DNA of 64,000 nt, from contig JBLDXI010000007.1 in assembly GCA_047495785.1 (NCBI GenBank), forward strand, positions 4,278,001-4,342,000. Reading direction: 5' to 3'. How positions within the stretch are numbered: position 1 is the stretch's first letter; each line of letters starts with the position of its first letter. The position numbers and the translations under genes were made by a program. Below, piece by piece: positions 23,629 to 35,600 of this stretch. The notes under the pieces were generated by a model. It made no database searches. It saw only the letters and a program-made list of their open reading frames with translations, and had not been told where the DNA came from. Source of the DNA: Lepidodermella squamata (Eukaryota > Animalia > Gastrotricha).

Positions 23629-26600
23629 ATGTTCAAGAGAACTTTTTACTTAATGCTTGCTATCCAGCTCTCAGGGCTCGATGCCCAGGGAGTAGCGAAA
23701 TGTGGAAAGCCCCTAGTGCAATACTCGTTGTTCGACCACGTCGCAGATCGAACGGCCAACTACGACTTTTACCAACACCCAGGCTTGAACTCTTCCAACT
23801 CACCGATCAATGCGAGCCGTTTGACGATCAGTTCAACGCTGTGGTCAAATTCTGCCCTCTGGGCTAAAGCTGTATTTCTTTCCATTGCTTACAATTGAAG
23901 AATCTGATTCTGAATTTACTGATAGAAATTCTCGCTGACGAATTTCTACGTGGAAATATGGGCTATTATCAATGCAACTTCAATGGGCGATGGGATTGCC
24001 GTGGTTGTTGGTAAAAATCAGTCATTAACTCGGCTTGATCCAAGTAAATCGGCTCATTTTTCAAGGGGGCATATAATTCAAAATTAGCAGCAGTGTGTTT
24101 TATTTCGAAATAGTAATATAAATTAACGCCGGCCACGGGTGGGCTTAGGGCGCATCCAAGAGAGAAAATTAGGATAAAGTCATCACTTGTTTTAGTTTTT
24201 GGTCAATACAGTAAGAGAGTGAGATGTACACAAATTATTTCCTTATTCAGCTTTTTTTCAACATAGTAATTGAGAATAGCATCGTGCCATATCATTAGTT
24301 ATACAGTAGCTGGTTAGTCCGAGCTTGTCGATTTCGGGTATGTATAGTTTTTCAGATGGTGTCGGAAATTAGAAGCTAATGATAAAATATTCGACAGACA
24401 TATCAAGTCATTAACGGTTTTACACGAGGATATGGTACGATTAATAGTGCAGATATAATCTTCTTTATTGTCAGTATTAATGTTTTTACGGAAAAGAGTG
24501 TTATTTTCACGAGAAATATTAGTACATTCTAGGCAGATGTGATATATCAGTTCCATAGTATCAGCGTAAGACCTGAAAGGTGTCACTAGCGGATTTCCGA
24601 ATTTTATACAATATACGCATTTCATTCCAAAATTGTTAATATAACAGAAGGGTTTCAGGAGGGAGTTAGTTCTTATCATACACAGAGTCCTGATATTATT
24701 TACCGACCAAAAAGCATTTTGTGTGTTGGAGTAGAGCTGCAGTTTGTCGAAGCAATCATCAGTGTAAATTGAATTGTGATAAGAAATTTTCAGAAAATTA
24801 ATCGTGTAGCTCTTGTCATTTTGAATCCATCTTTCGTACCACTTCCCAAGATGAGACAAACCCTCAAATTGAGAAGTCGCTTGAAAGATCTCAGCGCCGC
24901 CGAGTTGCTCGACGTCGCTTTCTAGGTTGGAGAATATATTTCGGTATAGGTTTTTGTTTGAGTTGATAATTTCGTAGGCTGTTTTTAGGAGCACATGGTC
25001 GTTCTCGAATTTGAGCCGCAGGTAGTATCGAACTGCTGATTTTGTCAAAATCAATTTTGGTGGGTCAATGTAGTATTCCCGTTTAACCAGCTCGTCCCTT
25101 GCTGATGTCGGTATTCGACATAGGAGCTTTACGAAATGTGTGTTAAACGGAAAAACTTTGTTCTTTTTCGTTTGACCCCAGAAGCCGCCGGCATATGCGT
25201 AATTGCCAACTAAGTAAGTAAGTGTTCGCATTGATAACCTCGACCATTTTATCAAAGTTCAGGTTGTGGGTAAAATAGACGCCTAGGTATTTAAAGTCTT
25301 TGACCCTCTCGAGTGGTTCACCGGCAAGTGTAAATTTCAAATTTTTATTTTCGGTGAATCGTTTTTCGAAAATCATAATTTTGGTTTTTTCCACATTTGT
25401 TTTCAGGGAATTATTTTCACAATAGACTACTAGTTCGTCGAGAAGGCGTTGTAACTTTTCGGGGCTATCAGCCATCAAAACCAGGTCATCTGCATAGAGG
25501 ATGGCTAAAATAACGTATTCTCCGAAGGTCAAGCCTGGAATGATTTTCATGAGCTATAAGGTCATTTATAAAAATAGAAAACAGAAGCGGGGAGAGTGGG
25601 TCGCCTTGCCTTACTCCAACGTTAGAGGTAATGGGCTTGTCCAAGAGAATGCTGGATCTGTAGCGTAGGAATAATTTATTGTCGGCGTACATGTTTTTTA
25701 TTACCTCGATAAAAGCGGGTGGCAGGCCTAGTTTTCTCAGTTTTTGAATTAGGAGGAATCGGCTAATTTTATCGAAAGCACTGGAAAAGTCAACAAATGC
25801 AGTGTAAACTTTTTTCCCTTTGGTAAGAAAATATGCCACGATGGCGTAAAAGACTGTGCAGGCGTCGACTGTACCTAGCTTCGGCGTAAAACCGAATTGC
25901 TCCGGTCTCAAGATATCCTTTGCCTTGCACCATTTACGAAGTCGCTTTTCTAGTAAGCTGGAAAATATTTTTGCGAAAACTGAGATCAGTGTAATCGGGC
26001 GGTAGTTTTTTGGGTCGAGTCGGCTATTTTTCTTATATATGGGCATTAACAAAGCTTTGCGCCAACACTCCGGGTACTGACCTGATTTAAGAATTTTGGT
26101 GTATAGGTTAGCGAGGAATGGGTAAAGGCCTTTTTTACATCCATCTAGCTTCAGGCATTCGTAGTCTATTTTATCATCGCCAGCGCATGACTTCGAGTTT
26201 GAGGTTGCGATAACATTTTCGATTTCCGCGGTAGTTATTGGGGCAAGTAATTCATTGTCTTCCTTGTCGCAATCCTTTGTTAGAAGTTCTGTGTGGAGAT
26301 TATCTCGGGGTTCATCAGAGGTTAGGGTAAACAGCTGGGTAAAAAATTCGATTATTTCATTTGGGGTAGGCATTTCCAAGTTGACTTCCAGGCCTCTTAT
26401 AAAGTTTAGTTCCTTGACCAACTTGAAAAAGTCAGAAGGGCAGAGGTCAATTAATTCAGAGAATTCAATTGCTTCGAGTTTAAGCTCGTTTTTGTATTGA
26501 TCCTTCTTTTGTGAGAGTAGCTGGCGGTAGTCTCGTTCCTCTTGATCCATCGTGGATTTATATATAGGGTTATTTGGGTGCCTCAACGCCAAGGTCCTAG

Positions 26601-29600
26601 CTTTTCGCACTTGAGCAAGTTTTATTCTGCACTCATCGTCGAAAAATGAGACAGTTGTTAGCGTAGTCGCCAAGTTTTTCCTGATATAAAGAGCTTCCTT
26701 CCCGACTCTATACAGTTTTCGCAGGAGATATTGAAGGTCGTCGGTATTTTTCATAGTCTCGGTGAGTTCGAACTGCTCCCAAAGTGAAGCAAAATGGTGT
26801 TTATTGAGCCGGAATTGCGTTTGATTATCGTCTGGGGACTCTACGTTCTCCTCGTGGTTCCATCTACTTGATAGGGATAGAGCGATAGCGTAGTGGTCTG
26901 AGATTCCGCCGTTTACTATGACATCGAAATCCTCAATCTCGCTAGCCAAGGTTTCCGTCGAAAGGGCATAATCCACTACAGTGGAAGCCTGCTTGTGCCC
27001 GTCGCCCAATTTTTTGTGGGTGAATTCTCCCTGCTCATCAGAAGGAGTGGTACCGTTAACGATATATAGTCCCATTTCGTCTAATTTTTCAAAAAATGAT
27101 TACGGTTTGAGGCGGAGGATTTAGGAAGTTCCAGGTCCTTGGATTTTCTAGGGGGTACATGACTTTTGAAAAAGTCCGAGTTAGGGTCGAGGGTTTCGTA
27201 CAGCTTGTTAAGGTTCCCAGTACGAATATTTAGGTCGCCCATAATGATTATCTCAATTTGTTTTGTGGAGTTGGGGTTTTCAATGCGAACATTATTTTTT
27301 AATTCGGATAATTTGTTGGTAACTTCAGTCCATTGTTTTTTAAAACGTCCCCCTGAATTTTTTTGTTTTTTCAGAGTTTTAGAGAGGCGGCGGTTAGCTT
27401 CTTTTTCGTGCTTTTCTGGTAGGAGGTAACAATAGGCCAGGAGCAATTTTTTATCTGCTAACTCCAGTTGGAGAACGACCAGGTAGCTCGATTTGTACAG
27501 AATTTTCACAATGCATTTTAAGTCAGAATTGATGTAAATAATAATTCCCCCGGACAGATTGCGACCTCTTTTTCCTCCTAACTTTTTGGCCGGCGAATGA
27601 ATAGCAAAGACATTTTCACGCAACATCGGTGGTACAAATTTATCGTCGTGCCAAGTTTCTAGAAGACCGACTATGGAGAAGTTGATTAGAAGAGAGATAA
27701 CGTCCGGGAAAGATTCAGGCCTAAATTTGAATATGTTCCATGCTACAAAATTCAATTTTAAGAAAATATAGGAAAAGACGGCAGATTGACAGACATTATA
27801 AGACATATCAGAATTTTCATGATTAGCATTAAAAATATTTTGGCAGTTTATCTTACGCCCTGAGTCCCGATTGCGTTGCCGGTTAACGAAGGCTATTGCT
27901 GAGGAGGTCGATCGAAGTAGCTGCTGCCACGTCGCGAGTTGACGTAAGGACCCCATCGGGGAGGTCCGAACTGGTTGCTGTTGTGTTCGCCATGGTGATT
28001 ACAGTCGTCTTCGAAGTAGAATTCGTCGTCGTAGTCGTGTGAGCCATTGTGAGGTGGTGGTGGTGGCAAGCGTTGATTTTCGTCCTGGAGCGGCACAACC
28101 TTGTTTATCGCAGATCGAAAAACAAAAGAGCCGTGCTGCTCGGTCATCAACCGGTTTCCCCGAATTTGATAATTCAGATCTGGCGAGTTCATCGCAATCA
28201 AGTCATCAAGCCGCTTAACCAAGGCCTTGTGCATTACTTCTTGGTGAGGAGTTCGGTATTTCGTCACCCAGATTCGATATGGTCGGAGAAATTGTTGGTA
28301 GTCTCTTGATAAAACCGAGCGCATGATCTCGTTAGATTGCGCCGTGGGTAGAAGTACGACGTGAATCTGGCGCACAATAGGTCTGCCATTCGTACCATTG
28401 CGGGGTGGTCCGAAACGCTGGCAGGTCATTGCGAGCCCACACAGTAGTGGGACATGCTGATAGACGATTCCAATTAGATCATCTTCCGTTTCCTTTGGTT
28501 TCTCACCGACGTCTGGAATTAAAACCAGAAGCGAGTTACGCCAGACAAAGGCCTCAATTCTACTAACTCGTCGGCCAACCGCTGTAAGTTCGGCTCGGAG
28601 GCTTTTCAGCTCCTCCTCCAGGCGAGCTATCCGGGTTTCCTGATCCTCCGGTTGGTGGTCGCTGGTATCCGCCATTACAAGAATTATTCGACGTAAAATT
28701 AATAGTAGAAGTCACGTTTAAAGCACGTGCTTAAAATCGCAAAAAAGCAACTTGCTTTTAGAACCAAAAAGTGAAAAGTAATAATTCAAAATTATTAGTT
28801 CACTTTTAGCCTAATTTTCTACTGATAAGCATGAATGATGATTTCAAACGAGTTGAAAACTCTAATTACATAGTCAAGACAAGACAGGAAGTGGTCAATT
28901 TTAAGGCTGCCAACAATTTTGATGAGTTTTTTGAGCAGGTGCGCATTATGCGATCGATTGGTCGTCATTCGTAGGTCTCGGAGCAATTTTCTCGCCAGCA
29001 GCCATGGCTAACTACTTCGCGTGGATCAGCAATGAACCATACGGAGGCACTTCCGCTCCGGGTTGTACGAGCCGCGACGTTGTGACGTGCACATCAGGCC
29101 TAAGATCTGCCTTGGTAAACCAGAAAGTAATGTTTCAACTTCGCGTCGAAGGAGGCTACAAAATCTCCATCGGTTCTTGCGTCACAAATGGCTCTTGCGT
29201 GGGCCCGTTCACTGGCGCTTCGAGCAAATACGGCTTGCTAGCCAACCAGCAATTCGATAGCCAAGATTTGGTGTTTGGAATCGGCGGGCGGGCTGGCGCA
29301 GCTGCTGATACTATCGACATCTTGAGCGTTGCCATTTATGACTGTTCCCAAGACCAATCATTCAACAGGCACGTTAATTTTGCTCCGATTTTATATCAGT
29401 TGAATCGCCTTTTCAAAATTCGTAAATCCATTGTGTGGCCCCTTTTTATCGAAATGTCATCGAAAATTGTTGACTGTTGCAGAGTGCAATCATGCGGAAC
29501 ACTCGTCCCGCAATTGTCACTGATCAACAACAATGTGGATCGTGCGGCGTTTTGGGACTACTATCCCGCTTCCCAGATGAACACGACAGGCCTATCATCC

Positions 29601-32600
29601 AACGCAACAAGGCTGGTATCCGAAAGCGCTGTGCTCACCGAGGGCGGACTTTTCACGCGATCGGTGTGTAATTTATTTCGTCAAAAAATTCCTATTTTAG
29701 ATTTCGCGGGGTGGGCAACAGAACGACTTGACTAGAATAGAAACAAATGGCGTAATGCATTTGATGCATGCGGCACGCGACTTGGCGGAGAGGCAACAAA
29801 TAGTTTTGCGCCATTTGTTTCTACTTTCGCTTGCAAATGGACATGGCAATAGATTGAAGTGGTTATCTTGCCGCCAAAATGTTTGAATCCACAGGTACAA
29901 AATTATCGCCCCCTAAAAAAATCCTGGCTACGCCACTGGTGGCTTCATGAGGATCTGAGACTGCAATCCAAGGTTTCGGGTATTCAAATCATGCGTTATT
30001 TTGTTGATGATGCGCCCGGGAATAACAACGTACTTTGGATTTGATTCTTTGATTTACACCCTATTTTCACTGATTTGGATTTGAAATGATTGATTTATGG
30101 GGGAAGCTCTCTGCATTAGCAATGTTAGTGAGGCCGGAGAAAGGTCAGATTGTATCTGCGGCCGAAGCCATAACTTTCCGACCCCTAAAAATGTCGGTGG
30201 TGAAGTTTGCGGAGCACTGGTGTAAACGTTAAAGAAATTATGTAGCTTCCACCTTTCTGATTAGTTTATGGGTTCAGCTTGTAGCATTGTTTTTCAGCCT
30301 ATCAACACATCCAATTTCTTTGTCGAGATATGGGCAACTATCACCGACAACGATAATTTGAATTCTGATGGGTTAGCATTCCTCATCGCCAACAATGCAT
30401 CGATAGGACGACCATCCACATCGCGTAGGCCTTAGCATCCTGGTCATTAATACCTAATAGGACTCGCTATTTTTCAGTTACTGGCTACGGCTTAGACTCG
30501 GGAAAATTCGTTGGATTTGCCCTGATGTTCGGCCTAAATTTCCAAACTATCAGCTCAACAATAACAGCTGCCCCGCGGGGTAGCGTGCTGTACCCATATC
30601 AAATGTGCAACGAGACAGGCATTGTGACGTGTGTCAAGTTATCTTCAATTTTTCCTTGGATGAGAAACCACCTTGTTCAATATCGAATCCGCGTTGATAA
30701 CTCAGGATCGCTGATATCAGTAAGTCAGAATTAATTACTAAATCGGTAGAGAGCTCGAATGTACTTTTATTGATTATGCTATCCCAAGTCTCAAGCTTCT
30801 AGCTTAAGGGTAAATTTAGAGAAGATAACTCTCGAAGAACATTAAATTTTAATAAAATTGAGAAACTGCGAAGCAAAAAAAGCAACTTCGAGTATTAATA
30901 ATTCAGGCAGTCCAGTACATTTATGTTTGAAGAATACTTACCTATTAGGTCGCACAAATATATTTGCGACCGAATTCATTGCAAACATACAAGTGCTCCC
31001 TCGTTAGTGGCACCCTCCTTAAAAGAACTCCCTCGTTTGTAGACCGTAATTTTGGACCCTGCTAAATAAATTAGTTGTAAATTTTTAATTAAACAAATTA
31101 TAATTTTTTGATAGATTGAAAAAATTAAGCGTGAAAAATTAAAATAATAAAGCGTTCCTAGAAACCTAGCGGCGCGTTGTCGTGGTTTTGAGAGATCCAT
31201 TTATTTCAAGTTTAGTTCAAACGAGTTGAAAGATCATCAGTGCATTAAGCTGTTCTTGTGCCTTTGAAATGGCTGTGATTATGCAACAGAGTGTGTGGAT
31301 TAGCTGCCACTCAAGTCGCGCTGCGAGTCGTCTTGCTTTTTTGTTAAACTTTTCCATCAGAAATTACGCCAGTTTATCAGACAAAATCAGCAATTCATTT
31401 CACTAACTATAAAAATGCCCGTCAATCTTCTCCTTGATTTGCAGATTTTTCCTCAGGTCAATTGCTGATCAACTAAAAGACTCATCTGAATTGCCCTGAT
31501 TTTTCAATTTTTACGTTTTTACCGGCCAGAAAATCTCTTGAAATTTACCAGCATTATTAGCATGATCAAATTAGGATATAAATCGTGATTTTTTTAAGGA
31601 AACTGAAACTTCAGTTTTCCCAATTTTGTTCCCGGCTGTGTTGCGTAATCATGAAGAATCGCGTCCTGGTTTTACGATTTATTTTAATTTCGATGCATGG
31701 ATTTATTCTCATAAAGTTAGGTCGCTTTCATTCGTTCTAGTTGTCCTGAGTTATTGGAATTATTAGCCGATTTTCGATAGTCGATAGGCCTGATCTAACA
31801 TGAAACTGGCTGCCAAAACTCTACGATTTCATTGCTCTACGCCTTGGCAATTTTACGGGTTTTTTTCACAACTTTTAATCATTCGATTTTGACTTTGAAA
31901 ATCGCAACATCCCGAGGAGGGGCGGCGGGAGCTTCTGCCCGAGTTTTTACCTTGCTCTGATCTTAATAGGCCAGTCGAATGAAAACGAGATCACGCCTGA
32001 GAAGAATTTAAAAAAGAAAAAGTCAGGTTAACCGCGAACAAATTATCGAAAATACATTTTTCATCCCAATTGTTTCAAATTATTCAAATTTTATCATATT
32101 ATTTCTTAAATAATTCTACGAATTTTAGGCGAAGCATGAGTTCTGAATTGAACACTGAATTGTCTTGAGAATGTTAGGCTGAATTTGCTGGTGATTTATT
32201 CAGAAGTATTCTGGTAAATCTTGACACGGTGGTTGATCTTTTAAGCTGTGATTTCAAATGAAATTTGTTTGCGAAATCGGACGAGCTGGGCATTTTTGAA
32301 GTAAATTGAAATAATGAGATTCCAGGTTTTTTTTATTCTGAGTTCGTTAGCCCCAGGCAGGACTTAAAATCAGAGTAAAAAAACAAGGCCAACCAGTCAA
32401 ATCGAAACCGCCCTGGCAAATAAGAATAAAAACTTGGCGCGGAACTTATGATTCATAGTGTTATTGTTTCACAGCCTTCAGCAAACGAGATTTGTAATGA
32501 CACGTAATCCGTGTCCGTCTCTTTCTGCGCGTTGGCATGGCAACTGTCTTAAGGCGTAGAAACGGTCTATTTTTAGCTTCTGCATTCAATTACAGCCCTC

Positions 32601-35600
32601 GCTATAGCTTTCCCTTGTTAAAAGACCGTGTCTGGCTCCCGACCCAGTGCTTTTATCGAGGGAGCACTGTACTGTTCCAAAGGCTGAATAGTGCCTTCAC
32701 ATATAAACAAATTCAATCTGATGATGGGGCACTGTCGCGCCCACACGTAATAATCTGACATGAAAGCCAATAAAGAATGACAATTAAGAAAAGGTAAACT
32801 TAGCGATCATACTTTAATCTAGCTATTCTAATAGTTGCATTCAGGAGAAGTTGAATTGAATTGAAAAAGTTGACAAGCAACATATCTGGGATATTTTGCA
32901 GAAATGTACAGATGCGCGGATTATTATGAATATGAAAATTATTACTGCCTGTTTCGAGATCCATCTTTCGTTTGCTATAAACAACGCGCGCCTGTGATAG
33001 TTAGGGTTAGGTTTGGGATGGGTTTTGGATCGGGCTCAGTTTTGAGAAAAATGTATTAAATGCTATAAATGAATTATGTACAAACAGATAAAAAGTACCG
33101 CATTCTTATGTGCAAATGCCCTACTAAGTTGACAAATTCGGCCAAGAATGGCATAAGGCATAATGAGTTTTCAACAGCATGGAATTTCCGGTTACATGAT
33201 AAGTACCTATTCGAAATTTGTTGATGATAAATAATATCATTAGCGACGTGTCAAAACAACCACTTTATTCATAGCTTTTATATGGAAAGTACGCTCGACT
33301 CTTGCACGTAAATTCAAATTATGATACGATCAGTACGATCAGTGCTCGAATAAGCCGAGCGTACTCCACCTTTTACCTCAAAGTACTATGATGAGTCATC
33401 AAAGTGGTTGTTTTGGCGCGTCGCTGACGTAGAATCATAAAGTATGCGTAATATTTGTATGGTATAACATGAGTAAAAAGTTCATATCTGAACGGAGCCG
33501 ACCGAGATTTACGAATCGAAACGAGCCGGAACAATCTCATCATTTGTTATGAATTGTTATGGACCAATACTAGTCGGTAGAAACAAAAATTACACTTGCA
33601 TCACCTTCCGTTGGCTTGCTGCCAACTTTTGCTGCTATGTTCAGCTTTTACACTGTAAAAAGGGTGCATCGATTTGGGACCCCATTTGTTATATCTGACA
33701 GCAGCGCATGACAAACGTGAGAATTTGTTATATAACGTAACAAATGACGCTGATTACGATGATGCTTTTTATTTATTCATCAGCATCACCTGGACAGGTG
33801 TGGATCAAAAAATCCAGGTAAGGTGGCTTACCTGAGCAGGTAGGGTGCGTCCCATGACCGCGAGAGTAATTTTTTCGGATTCTCCGTCGTAAATTACTAT
33901 GGTCTACAAAGTTTTGTAAATTTCTGATTCATATAATTCATATAACGAAGTGAGGAATATAATGATTTTGCATTTAACACTGAGTTGCAATTTCAATGAT
34001 TTGTTGATGTCAGTCTGTAATGAGAGTTACTCACTTAGAGGCTAGGTCAGTTGGTCGATTAACAAACCAGCCATCAATTATATGCGTTAGACAATATCAC
34101 GGTTGAATTCTGCATCATTTTTTACCCCATTGCACTCATTGTTAGACACGGGGTGCAATTGTAGAGAATCCAACTTTCCCTTTCTAAGTAGTGAGTTACT
34201 CTCATTACAGACTGACATCAACAAATCATTTAAATTGCAACTCAGTGTTAAATGTAAAATCATTATATTCCTCACTTCGTTATATGAATTATATGAATCA
34301 GAAATTTACAAAACTTTGTAAACCATAGTAATTTACCATACTAACCATACTATAAAACCATAATAACACTATATTTTTGAAACGAATGCTATATTTTTTG
34401 CATCTCATTTTTTCAGCAACTTTGAAAAAATGAGACATTTTTTGAAGTGGTTTTCACCAGTCGATAGATTTAGTCCGCGGTAAACATTCCTCAACTTTTT
34501 GTTAGAATGGGGTTCGAGGGAACAATTGATGACGAGAATGCTGTCCGCGATTTTTATTGAAAACTCTCATTTTTGAAAAATGGCATATCACGGGATTTGG
34601 GGTTGGATGGCATCATCCAGTGAAAAGGCTTTATCGGATTTTTTAGCTGGGAATTAGCTCATAAACGCGCCTTCAACAGGGAAATTCGACTTAGCGCCCA
34701 CAGAGAAAGTCTTATCCACCAACCGCGATCCGAAATGATTTTTCGGAACTTGTTGAATGATCTGTGCCAACTTTATGAACAGAAGGGCCTCAGTAATTTT
34801 GTCAGCCTTTCTCTGGTTAGGGTCACCCTAGCGCCCCTTTAGTTCGCACCCTGGCCAATGGCCAATATAGACTGAGCTAACTTGAAGTGATCAAATTCGC
34901 CTGCAAAAACATGAATTTAGGGCTGGGAAGCTTAGGGAACATTAAAGGTCCCGAACCTTCGAACGAACTTCATGAAAATAAGGGAGGACTGATTTTGCCA
35001 GCAAATGTGTTATCTCAGCTTTCTATATGAGATAACATTCTTACTCACTTTGAATCCTTTTTCTGTCAATGAGTGAGGTCATTAATATTCTCTCGTTTAC
35101 TGTTTACTCCCGTTCCAAGCTGCGTGATCTAAAACAGAGATAACAGGGAGCTTTAGATGAGCTTGGAGCTTGGATCGTGTAAATGCGCTTCTGATAACAA
35201 CCGATGGAAAATCAATTGACATAAAGCTGATATAAACCTGATAGGTGATGCAGCTTTCCCTGCATGATAAAAACTGTAAAATTTGGACCAGAGAGCTTCA
35301 ATGACAACGATGTTCTAATTATATAGATGTCATGTTGCTTGGTCGATGGAACATGCACTGGCCCGTTCACAAACACCTCAACCACATCTCTTGGCCCTTT
35401 GGTATCTTCACAGCCGATGATGCTAGGAGTAGGCGGGCGCAATTATGGGTACGCCGATACCGTAGACGTGTTCAGCATTGCAGTCTATGACTGTTCAAAT
35501 TCTCCGTCTTCAACTATTTCTACTACTAAGACGCCAACTACTACTACTTCGATGCCTGCCACTAAAAAATTGGTAAAATGCTGTGATTTTTACATTTCTG

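Noticed and set aside
30942-30975. Tiny hairpin resembling collapsed mariner ends
   Set aside because: Too short to assign.
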